Shown piece after piece: positions 13,096-25,810 of a stretch of 64,000 nucleotides of DNA. The stretch spans positions 930,001 through 994,000 of the forward strand of contig JBHGNT010000001.1 of NCBI GenBank assembly GCA_043228905.1, given 5' to 3'. The position numbers were made by a program, and so were the translations under genes. Positions within the stretch are counted from its first letter, which is position 1. Every line of letters begins with the position of its first letter. Below the pieces are notes generated by a model that was given only the letters and a program-made list of their open reading frames with translations, ran no database searches and was not told where the DNA came from. This stretch comes from Azolla caroliniana (lineage: Eukaryota > Plantae > Polypodiophyta).

Positions 13096-15954
13096 TCGAG
13101 GATGGTATTTCTCTCTCTGTCTCTGTCTCTGTATGTATGTATCTATATCAACATATTTCTCTACCTTAAATTTGGTAAGGTAAGTTGCTAAACTATTAGT
13201 CTTAGGTCTTGGGTTCGAGACCCAACTTTTTTCACCTCTTTATTACTCCTTACTCTTCTTCTTCTTTTCGTAAATCTATGTTTGTTATTAAAACAAGATG
13301 ATAGTACAACCCTTCACAAGGTAAACCCTCTTAAGTCTTGTAATACTAGATGACATAACTCTACCTTATCTTGAGACAATGTCCCCATACAACATAGTTG
13401 AGAAAATTGTCAAATCAACTTCCCTTTATCCTACGGAGTTGTGTTATCCCAAGAAGTTCATCAAACAAGAACCGATTTCTTATGGTGTAATTAACTCCGT
13501 ATTGTGTGTGTGTGTGTGTGTGTGTCTTTCTCTCTCTCAATGTGAACAAGATTTGGATACGTATTGAACGATACAAAAATCTAATATAAAGACATCATGG
13601 AGTGGAGTGGCTACCCTCTCTCCCTCTCCCTCAATGTAACAAATATCTGGTCTCATTGTAGACAATAAAAAATCTAATCTAAAGATATCATCTCATAGAG
13701 TGGCTATCCTCCCTCTCTTTTTTATGTGCCTCCAAATAACCAAATATCATAAGGAGATTTTGGATGCCATATTATATTGTTGGAACATCATAACAAATTT
13801 GATCTAAAGACATAATTTCATGGAGTGGATATCCTCCCTTTTTTATGTGTCTCTAAATAGTTGGAGAATTTTTGGATGCCATATTATGTATATCTCTAGA
13901 ATATCATCAATTGTATACAACATAACATGACTTTGTATATTTTAAATTGTTAGAATTTAATCTATTTTATGTTGTTACTGTGATAAGAACATGTCTTTGC
14001 ATACCTACTATCCATCCCTAGCATAATAACATGGATAATATAGAGAGGGATTTTAAGAAATTAAGCATTTGCTATATAATTAAATGCATTCAAACGTCAT
14101 TTCAATATGTACTAACTTCCCATTAGTTAGATGCACAATCATTTCAATTAGATGTTAGGGCTCTACATCGTGGAATTGCATGACCAATGTTGGAATAAAT
14201 GTAGTATTTGAGAGTTGTCCATGAAGTAACTAATCATAATAATGGTGTTGCAAATTAGCAAAGCATGTCTTGTGCATGATTTGCATATTGTAGTAATGGA
14301 CAAAATGTCTAGGATCCTCAATCATTGTTGGTCCTACAAAGTGAGATCTTGTGTAAATGACCTTTAGATCCTATTCTCATTAGTTATTGAGTTGTAATTT
14401 ATCTGGAGAGGCATTGATATCATAAGTTAAAAGGCTTGGTATAAATTAGATAGCTTGGGTCTACGTTTGGAAACATATTATTTTTCACTAATTAGCACAA
14501 CTTGTTGTTTACTACAAGGAACCTATTGTTTTGAGAAACCTAGTTGCAATTTATTTTGTAAAGCCTTTTGTTGAACAATAATACTAAACAAATTTTTATA
14601 CAAATCTACTCAAAGTAAATGAATGTGTTTATTGCAATTGCCCATTGATTCCATGGCTACCAGAACCTTGGCGAGTAATGTCGTATCCTTAGCTACATTG
14701 GCTATGTCTTGCATACATAAAGCTCATACCCTTCTAAGACTCAAGCCTAGCTTTAACTTGCATTGCACCCCTACCTATGTATGGTATATCTTATATATAG
14801 AAGCCCATAACATTGAATGTGCATGTAGCATAACATATGTGATAAGTGTGTGTGTGTGTGTGTGTGTGTTGTTGAAGAGAACATGGCAAATTATTTACAA
14901 TAATATCAAACATGATTCACTAAAATCTAACATTGCTCTTGTTCTTTGCCAAATAATATACACTACGAATCAGTTAATCACCTTCATTAGCTATTGTTTC
15001 CTAGGAGAAAAGAGCTCTCATGCATAAAGGAAACAAAATATGTCATTAATAATTATTATACAAATAATATGTAATTCATGCGATTGGGATATATATATGA
15101 AACATGAAAAGGAAACGGAATGCATCATTAAAGAAAATTTTATGCACCTCTCTGTTCCATCAAAAGTTAATACATATTCACTAAGTGACATATAATCTAA
15201 TTTTAAGGTCTAGAAATGTCTTGATCTAGAAAAGGCAAGTGATGAACAAGAAGGTAGAAGAAGGTAGATATCAAGTTCATGATAACAAACTCGCGATGCG
15301 TCAAAATATTGGGTTTAGAGTAATTTCGACTTGACGTTATTTAAAAGTATCATTTCTTCCACCGCATGCCTCCCTTGGGTCAAGTTGCCCCTAGGTCCCT
15401 ATCTACCTTGCATCAACATCGAATACAATGTGGTCCTTGACAAAATCACTTTTTTATTTTGATGAGAGGTACAAAAGTCTCTAAATGCAATAATGGTCTA
15501 GAATAAAAAGCTAGTTCACATCTTGAAATAATTTGGTGCCATTTCACAAAGTTTCGGCAAATATATTTTTATCCTTTGGAAAAATAATAATACCGAAAGG
15601 CTATTACACTCACTAGATGTAGTTTAACTTTCTTATGAGTAGATTTTGACGTTTTAAAAAACTAAGAGGGACAAAATTGATTGTGGTATTTTCTTAATTG
15701 TATTAACAATGAGAAACAAGGAAAAAGCAAAAAGCAAAAAGCACACAAAGGCTAAGATGACGGTGAATGATTTAAATTAGAATATTTCAAAATTAAAGTA
15801 TTGCAAATAGTTTGCTAGTCTCGAAGAGCACGTGAATGATGATTATTTGCCCATTAAAAAGAAAGCAAAGCCCCAATGACATAATTGCCTCACCAAAACA
15901 TTAGTTTCACTTTGGGGAAGAGTGGAGTAAAACTAAGTGCTAGTATAGTGCAAA

Positions 15955-18595
15955 ATGATCACTCAAAGGCTAAATATACTATTATTGTTGGTGTTGATTG
16001 TATTAAGTGTGAGCTCAACATATAATCAATTGAGGGCAATGGAAGAGGATTATGATGGTGGGACAACAGAGCAAGAATTCAAGGCATGGGTGAGGAGTGT
16101 GAGGAGAGGTGAGGCAACACTTCCACATCTCCGACGAAAACTCTTCCATCGAAGCAAGAACACGAGCACCATCATTGTCAACGCATCAGGGAAATGGTCG
16201 TCAAGCAACCCAAACTACTTCACTTCCATCCAAAAAGCCATTGACTCCATCCCAATGCACAATAAGAACCCTGTCTATATCACTATCTACCCTGGCATCT
16301 ATTGGTAACTATAGTTTTTATATTTTTTATTATTCATAAAATATTATTATTTTTGGGTTTTTTCCATAATTAGGCTTATATTTTTCTTAAAAATATTATT
16401 ATCATGTAATGGGTTTAACAATTTTATTTGTTCATTCTAAAGACTCGGTGCATGTTCCTACACACATTGCATAAACAAAGTCTCTTAATATATTTGTCAA
16501 ACCTATTGAACTCAAGTCTTTCTCTCCAGCATGCCTTGTTGTAAATTTCAAGATATGTGCGTGTATGACCATTAACTAGTAATGGCAAACTATTATTCAA
16601 AGTTTCCAAATAAGCAATTTGACATAAAAATGTTTTCTGCATTTTCCCTCACCCGATACACATCCCAATAGGTAGATTGTTGGAATAATGAAGCCATCTC
16701 CATTGTAAAGAATGGCATATATAAGGGTGGCGCCTTAAGTTTGCAAATAGAAGAATGATGAGACCAAACAAAGGAAAAACATAAAAGCCTTTTCCTACCT
16801 ATGTGATTTTGTTTGTGGCAATACAAAACAACTTATTAGACCAATTCAAAAAGTCATGTTCATTGTTCTAGGAACCTTCATTATTAGTCTAGTATTAAAT
16901 AGTGAAAGGCATGTTATTGAATAACGCTTTAAATTTAAACTAAATATACTCATAGAACTACATATTTTTTATCAATGTCCAAGGGAAAAGGTAGAAGTAC
17001 CAATGTTCAAGAATTTTATTACCCTCCAAGGACATGGACGGAACTCAACAAGGGTAGTTTGGAATGACACTGCCAGTGTTGCAACATCAACATATAGGAG
17101 TGCATCAATTGCTATAGATGCACAATATTTTGCCGCCATGAATATCACTTTTCAGGTGATTCATTACATTTGTTTTCTCGTGTTGGTGAGGCACCTACTC
17201 AATAATATTATTTAACAGTGCAACCACTAAATAACATTGAATGATAATATTTGCATTCAAGGTTGATAGTGCTTATATGATTATGGTGTCAAAGTTGTCG
17301 ACATCATATAGTTGTCTTTCCCAACATTCTATATTGTCTTGTTCATTAAATGAAATAGGTTTCATTAAACTTGAAACATGATGCATATTAATCTAAAGTA
17401 TGTGCTACTCATGAAGTGCTTCACATCACAACTCTTCTTGGTATTTCAAATATGTGGTATTTTGTAGAACTCGGCACCTGCTCAACATCCTGGCGTTGAA
17501 GGGCAACAAGCAGTAGCATTACGTGTGTCCGGGGACAATGCCGTTTTCTATGGTTGTGGTTTCATTGGACACCAAGATACACTCTACGATCAAAAGGGTG
17601 AGCATTACTTTCGCGATTGTTACATTGAAGGATCAATCGACTTCGTCTTTGGAAATGGTCGCTCGATTTATCAGGTCTTAATACTTTTTCTAAATATTTA
17701 TATTTCCCTTAAACATACATTCTTTCATATTAAAGTTTTACTGTAGTTTCAAAGTCATTTGTCTAATCTATGACATATACAAAGGATGCATCACCTCCTA
17801 GACATCCTATTGTAATGTGTCATTATTAGTTGAACAATCACTTCATGTACAATTTTTGCCTTTCACATTCCCATTCCCATTTCTCTAATAGAAGACCCAT
17901 TAGTTGGACACAATTGATCATTTATGAATTCTTAAGAATCTTAGAATTCAAGAATTTATAATAATCAGAATGCTAAGAGCTCTTTTCCTTGAATGTTATA
18001 TATCTTAGCAAAGTCATACAATATATTTTATTGCAAACTCCTTTCTTTTGTCACAAAAAGCTTAATCTTTCTTCATTTTGAAGGGATGTGAGTTACATGT
18101 CATGCCCATCACACCAGGATCATTAACAGCTCAAAAGAGGGCAAAAAATGACTCTGCCTCGGGTTTTGTGTTTCTCAACTGCACCATAACTGGTTCAGGA
18201 ACTGTATATCTTGGACGAGCATGGGGTCGTTACTCTCGAGTGGTTTTCCTTTACACCTTTATGCAAAACATCATTGTGCCACAAGGTTGGAACAATTGGG
18301 GTGATGCACAAAGAAATGGGTACATGTCTCCCTCTCGAGTCAAACTTATACATACTTTTTGGAACCATTATAATTATTTGTATTCATTCAATAATTGTTT
18401 TTCTTTCTTTCATTTTTATTTTATAGGAAAGTATATTATGGAGAGTACATGTGCACAGGACCAGGTTCTGGTCCCAATGGAAGAGAGCCATGGGCACATC
18501 AACTCACTTTTGAAGAGGCAAAACCTTTCTTGTCTTTGGATTTTATTGAAGGACACCAATGGGTGCCACTTGTGATGCCCACATTGAGGCTCTAG
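15955..18595 (+). CDS. PME: Pectin methylesterase (pectinesterase), group without PMEI pro-domain, 5 exons, 377 aa
   Basis: Exons 15955-16304, 16984-17155, 17468-17674, 18084-18319, 18427-18595; all introns GT-AG with consistent phase. Hydrophobic signal peptide; motifs [48 protein letters not shown]. Confidence 0.93.
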
Positions 18596-19599
18596 CCATA
18601 ATGATGTTGGATTAGTTTTTTATCCCAATAACATGGAAGAACTTAACATTTTCCACGTACATTGTTTATCGCAACAACACTATCCATTCTTATTTCTCAC
18701 CTTGCAATTTGTGCATGATGTTGTTCATCTACTTACAATTGTAATGGTTGTAAACCCTAGAAGACACTCATCTAGGGAAATAAGAGTACCATTACGATCC
18801 CCCAACTCAAATTGTTGCAACATGTATACATTCAAAAATTATGTTAACGAGACCTAGGTACCACTCCATCACTTTCCAACTCAAATTTTAGCACTAAGAA
18901 TCATTCCAACAAACCCATATCACTGATAGAAAGATCGTGAGATGAATATATAATAGAAAGAGGAGACTACGCATGAGTAAGGTGAGGTATGCACCTTATG
19001 TTAATAAGGTATTATTCCAATGTTTTCAAATCAGGATATGCATTAAAAAATTTCAGGATGAGAAGATGGAGGCGATGAAGGAAATAAGAGGAGAACAAAA
19101 TATACAAAAGGAGGCTATATTGTTTACGTATCAATTTCTAAATATAAAAAATCTCAGATTGATTATCTTAGAAGTCCTTTGAGGCTTGATTATCAATGTG
19201 CCTCTAGAGCCATTCGATAGGAGATTAAATAAGCATTTCTAACACTAAAATATTTAATCTGAATGCATTGACATTGCACCAACATGGTGGGAAAATCATC
19301 TTCACATATTCATGGTAGCTCTTGCCTTTTCTAGATTGAAAATTTTGTTTTCCGCGAAAGTTGTTATCTTGGCCTAAAATCTTGTATACACTAGGATCAT
19401 GTAGTTGGTATGGCTTGGACTATGTGGCGTGTCTATTATAGATAATATTTTATGTTATTTTCATCAAGTCTTGTCTTACCTACATATGAGACATGCAATT
19501 AGAATTGACAATGAAGATTGGATCTCTCAAAAATTTTAGATCCTCAATTGATCCAACATTATTCAATGATGAAATTCAAGGTTCATAATGAGAAGTCTT

Positions 19600-21760
19600 C
19601 CTTCTATTAGTTAGTGGGTTGAGAAAACCTGTCATGATGGGGCTATCATTCACACTCGATGGAAGTAACTATTGGCACTAAAAACAAACATATTTTATGC
19701 TAGAAATAATCTCATTGGTCAATAGCGAATTATTTGAGTTCAACAATAATTGGCGTCCTAATCTAATACGCAAGAGTCTTGTACATTACCAAATCTCCAA
19801 AATTTACAAGCTACTAGTGTAATTGCCACACCCCTCCTTAGCATTTTTCGACTCATTTTGACCGAGTATTGAAAAAATGGGATTTGTTTACCTAGCATTC
19901 CTTGTGCTAATATGATTTGCCATTTCCACTCATTGGGATCCCACAAAATGTGATCAATGGCCTTATTCTCATAAACCCACAATTTAGATTATTTGATTAT
20001 ATCATTTGGATGTGGATTCAACATCCATTTTTTATCTTTCTTCCACAATATACGAATAGGCAACATACTCCCTTGAGTTACAACTTTGTCTTCCATAAAG
20101 AGAGAATGAAGTCGTCTACAAGGCAAAACATCAAAATAAAGACATTCATGAGAGTTTTTATAACCCCTGAACCCCAACAAGACATGTAAGGATGAAAACA
20201 TACCATACCAAAATAAACTAATTTGAGAAGAATGAAATGAAGACATTGTAAATAGACTATCTATTTATGCATGCATAATGTTCCCTCCCCAAATTATTCC
20301 ACAAACATGGGTTTTGTTTTCCATTGTTGAAGAATAAAAAGTCTGCCAAATTCTTTAGTGACCCAACTTCTCCTCTATCAAAATCAACCCACTTCAACCT
20401 AGTTGTCTTCACTAACACTACCCCCTCCTTTGATAGAAATAATGGGTTCATTATGAGGGGTTGGCGCAACCATTCCTTCGTACGTGATGGTAGTCATTGG
20501 ACCAAGTTATGTTTCAAATCCCACCATGCCTTCATGATACCCCTAAAAAACTTATCCTGGCAAAAAATATCAATGGAATGATTAAAATCTCTTAAAACCC
20601 ACCATTTAATATTATCTTTCCAATTGCCACATGTAGAAGGCATAAGCTTAACCATTCTTTGCCGTAAGTTTTTTTTTCATGGCAACAAGCCTCTTATAGT
20701 AAAATTTCCCAAAAAAACCTTACACTGTAAGAGAGGATCAAGCAATCCAAGACCATCCTCATCCTTTGGAGTTGTAATAACATTCCAAGATACTTTAGCT
20801 CTCACATATTAAATATCAACAATCTTTAGATTCCCAAAGGAAATTCCCAATAAGCCTTTGTACTTGTGATAAAGTTGAACGTGAGCACAACCAAGGCGAC
20901 AAAATGTACCAGATGGAAGCCAACAATACTTGATTGGCAACAACAACCCTACCTGCCAATGACAATTTAGTAGTATTCCAATATATCAATTTCTTCCTTA
21001 TAACACGCAACAGAGGAGCTACGAATATTATACGTACCTGACATCCCAAGTATTTTATTGGTTTACCATGCGGAATCCATTGAAACCCTTCCTGTGGGCA
21101 CCACAAAGGGCTTACTATAGTACCTACCCAGAACCCCACCGACTTATTCCAATTAATAACAGTTCCAGAAGCATAGCAAAATGTATCAATAACCTGATGT
21201 ACTCTACAAAGATTATTGTGAGAACCTTGCAAATATAGGGTTGTATCATCAACAAATTGACAATCCACAATTTGCTCCTCTAACCATGGTCATTGCAATC
21301 CTCTTATATTCACAATGTTACTTGTAAGAAAACTACTAAAAGCTTCTCCAATCACCAAATATAAAAAAGGAGCCAATGGACATCCCTATCTCACTGACCT
21401 CGAAATTGAAAATACTTGGATTTGGTCTCTAACTACCAATACCCTACTAGTAGCTGAGTTGTGGAGTTGAGACAACTCTTAACCATTGATTAGGAAAACC
21501 TAGCTTTTCCACGGTGCCCCTAAAAAAAGACCAATGTACTCTATCATAAGCCTTTTCAAAATCTAACAACAAGATATCTAAATCCTTTTTCCTTTCTTGT
21601 GAAATTGCAACCACTTCCCGAAATAAGATAATGTTATCCAATACACTCCTATATTGTAAGAACCTTGTTTGGGTGTTTTGAAAGATGTCTGTTAAAAAAT
21701 GTTGCAATCTCATAGCCAACAACTTAGCATATATTTTGTAAAAATTGTAAAGTATTTCCT
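19600..21760 (-). mobile_element. Degenerate L1-clade LINE fragment (RT and downstream region)
   Basis: YKIYAKLLAMRL, LLDFEKAYDRV, GCPLAPFLY, QFVDDTTLYL, KYLG, LSLAGRVVVANQVL; many stops; boundaries approximate. Confidence 0.85.
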
Positions 21761-22878
21761 TGTCAATCGAAGAAAGCAAAAACGTGAGTATTCTTCCCTT
21801 ATTCGTTTTAAATTTCTTGATCTTTTTAATGGTTTGGTGATTGAGTAATAATATTTGTTTTGATTAATACTGGTTTATAATCTCTTTCCTTCTTACACAA
21901 ATGATATCTTAAAATGGTTGATTGATCTCCGGATTAACATTTCATATTTCACTTGCATTCTCAAAATGATAATAATAATCTCTCTTTTTTGAAGCGTTTG
22001 TCAATCATCTACATTAAATCATTTTGATATAGCTTTATAGGGCAAAAAAAACGATCTTTATCAATTGTAAATTTTTATCATTCATTGATCTTTCAATATA
22101 TATAATTTAATCTTTATTTTTTGTGGGTCATATAGTAGACATTTTAATGCACATGTTACACACATGATGAACAATACATCCATGCCACGACTCACAACAT
22201 GGTTGACCATATGCACATACGACATGTGTAGGGCGTAAAAATTAATTACACCAATAAAGCCACCACCCACATTTGTGTCCTAAAACTCTAAGCAAATTAA
22301 CACCTAAAGTTAAGTAGACACACACGTTTTACCCAACAATCAAGCTATCACAACATTTGCTTCTTGAAACCTTCATGAAATTAAGATACCAATTGTTGAG
22401 AATCAAGCTCAACATAGTGCAACGTGTGAACACACCTTTTGAGAATCTATGATTACTCAAAGGTCAAGAGTCACACCACTACTCTCTACACATTAGTTAT
22501 GTGTCATATTCTATGACATATAACTAATGAGTTACATATTCCCCATGACTATGAGTCTTTACATTCCCCAAGAGAGAGTAGTAGTTGTAGTTAGTTAATG
22601 AAGAGAGAGGGTGACTATATATAAAGCACCCTTCTCCTAGTTCATACTAAGTTGGTTGTGATTCCTTGTAATGCTACATTTTGTATTTGCTATTTGTCAA
22701 TATACATCTTCTTCTTCTTGAGTATTTCATTTCTCTAGCTTATCTATCTTGTGTTTCTCTTCTCTTCTCTCCTTTCTCTCACACATAACTGTTAAGAATT
22801 AGGTAAGTAATTAAGCAAGGATTAATTAGTACCTAATTATGTGATTAGTTTATAAGAGAAAGATTAAGTGATATGTGC

Positions 22879-22924
<46 letters not shown>

Positions 22925-23541
22925 GTTAACACTTATGAACAACACAAAATGGGGGATGATTAACTCTATATTAAATTAGCATTATCATCATCAAATACAA
23001 AAATACCTACAATGAGGTATATATAGATCTCATGTGCAAGGGTGCACATGTGTGACGTGCGACAAGATCAGGATGCGTACATTCGCAATGCTTCCGAACA
23101 CCTTGACGTGCGATAGGATCGGCTTCCTTCTGACGAGGAGCTCATATGGAGTTAGCTCATGCACTCCATTAATGGTGCATCAATTCATGAGATAGGCGGT
23201 CGTGGATGCCGCTTTGACCCAATAGAAATTCGGCATGTGCTTCTACTTCACTCTTCTTCTTTATCGAGAAGATCCACGCGTAGCATGAGTAGTCATCGAT
23301 GAAGGTGACGTAGAATCGGCATCCGTCGATCGTTGGCGTTTGAGCCGGTCCCCATACATCCGAGTGTATGATGTCGCATGGCTCTCCTCCAAGAATTGTC
23401 ATGATATGGCAAGACTCGAACCCATGACCTTATGTTATATGGGTCGAGCTCTTGACCATTATACCATCTATTGTAATACGTATGATATTATTTTCATTTA
23501 AGTTTTATTATAGGAAATTAATGTATATTCCAAATTTCTCT

Positions 23542-23561
23542 GGAACATTCTAGAAGCTTCA
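23542..23561 (+). promoter_or_regulatory. Perfect 4-unit heat-shock element in the Gypsy LTR (second copy 35167-35186)
   Basis: gGAAc aTTCt aGAAg cTTCa, 20 bp upstream of TATAAAA at 23581. Confidence 0.6.
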
Positions 23562-25162
23562 GGATTACTCCTGAGAACGCTATAAAAGAAGGCACTATGC
23601 ATTATTTTGAACTAAATTGGTTCAACGCCAGTCTTAAGCCTCATAGCCATCTTGTACTTACTCTTCCTATAATATATCATTTGTTATCATCATCTCTCTC
23701 TCTCTCTCTCTTCTCTTCTCTTTCCTCCCTCTCGGGAGTCTTACGCAGTCCTGTCCTCTTAGTACTAATAGTACTTCCCTTCTCTAGTACTAATTCTCTC
23801 TCTGTTTTAGTACTATTCCTAACAGTTTGAACCAATTATTCCTCTCTAGTCTTTCTTTTGGTTTCCCTCATCCTCTTATCCTTTTTCTATACAATGGCGC
23901 TTCTATTAGCGCCCAAGAATACCAATTCGTTTTCTCCGAGCTACAGTGTCTAAAAGATTTTTTTTTTGCCTTGGAACAAGAAAACCAACGGTTGTTAGGG
24001 GATCTTCAACAAATCGCCCTAGAAAAACAATAAACGCAGCAACAACATGTGGTGTTGCAACAACAACATGGGGAGTTAGTGTTATGTGTGCAACAACTCG
24101 AAGCAGCGTTGCAACAACAAGGATCAAGTCCCCACGGATTTCATAAAGAGCCCAAGATTGGACTTCCTATGAAATTTGATGGAATGCGATCGCAATTTAG
24201 GGGCTTCCTCAATCAAGTATGCTTAGTCATTCAAATGCATCCTTCTCGATACCCCACTGATGCATCCCGAGTCGGCCTAATAGGCATGTTGCTTAGCGGC
24301 TCAACCTTGGCATGATTTGCTCCGCTTCTGGAAAAACAATCGCCCTTACTTAATAACTTTGAAGACTTTATTAGTGAGTTTAAAGCTTGCTTTGGAGATA
24401 CATACAACATCCGGACGACGATCAACAAAATCCGACGATTGCGTCAAGGCGATCGTCCAGCCTCTGCCTACGCGGCGGATTTCCGTCTACTTGCTTTAGA
24501 TATCCCCTGGGATGAGCAAGCATTAATGGAGTAGTTTCGCTATGGTTTGTGAAACGATGTCAAAGATCTACTTCTAACCTTCCCTGAAGAACCAAAGTCT
24601 CTTACGGAGGCAATCAGTCGAGCGGTCTGATGTGACAACCGCCTTTTCGAACGACGTTCGGAACGTCAATTACAAATACCACGCTCTAGGCCGGAGCCCA
24701 CTTACACCTCAATCACGGTTAAACCGTATTCACGAGACATACCTCAAGCAAATACTCTAACACCGATGGAGATCGACACCATGCGTCGACGTGGCCCATT
24801 ATCGGAAGAAGAAAAGCAACGACGACGTGCAAATCGATTATGTCTTTATTACGGTGGACCATGGCATATCGCAATCAATTGTCCCCATAGGCCAAGAAGA
24901 CAGGTAAATCAAATCCTAACTTGTACTAAACCCGAGTCAATTCTTCCCTTAGGAGTGTCTAATAGTATTAATAGTACTAATAGCCCAAGTATCTCAAACA
25001 AATTTGAAATCCTTAGTCAATTAGATGAAGAGTTAAACGATTGAGTCCAACCAAAATAGGAGCCATTTGGTTGGACAACCCTAGATCTATACAGCCCATT
25101 AGTAGTTCCATTCCCTCCAAGCAAGTTAGCAATGTGTTCCTAGCCCAAGTCATGGTTAGTAC

Positions 25163-25810
25163 CATAGATTGACATATTCGCATTCGTGGGGTTTCCCATT
25201 CGAATGCAAACGAATACGAATACGAATATGAATGGGTAGTCAAGTATTCGTTTTACCCCCCCCCCCCCCCCCCAAAAAAAAAACTTTTTTTAAAAACATT
25301 TCCTAAGATAAAAAAAAGGAACTTAACAATAAATAGGGATAATAAAAGAGGGACTTTGGGGATTTGACACTACTAAATTTTTATAATAAATGTATAGTCG
25401 TTTTATTTTTAATAAATAAATAAAATAAAATAAAGGCTCATTAATTTCTCACTTTTTATTTCCTCAAAATTTATGAATATTTTTATCTTGACATTAAAAA
25501 TGGTACTTTAAACTAATCATATCTTAAAAGTTCATACTAATCATATTTGTATAATAAATATAAACATATTCGTTTTTAAAAAATTAATTAATTAAAATAA
25601 GTTTCATAAACTCTCTTGACACTATAATCTATTAATGAATAATTGTTTTGTTTTGGTGAAATACATTTATTTTAATAAATAAATAAATTTTTATATTTAT
25701 TTTACAAAACGAATGGTTTTTTAATATTCTTGGGGCCATCTTGTATTCTCGAATACTGAGAATATCGCGTATGGGGAATATCACGAATATCACGCATGTG
25801 TCAATCTATG
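25163..25810. mobile_element. hAT-family MITE (648 bp) inserted at the start of Gypsy pol
   Basis: 12-bp TIR CATAGATTGACA / TGTCAATCTATG; perfect 8-bp TSD GTTAGTAC (25155-25162, 25811-25818); AT-rich core; GAATAC/ATTCG subterminal motifs. Confidence 0.9.

Noticed and set aside
13570-13890. Three degenerate copies of aatctaa..aaagacatc...gagtgg.tatcctccc
   Set aside because: Irregular decayed local repeat; not CRISPR-like (eukaryotic context, no identical repeats with unique spacers)
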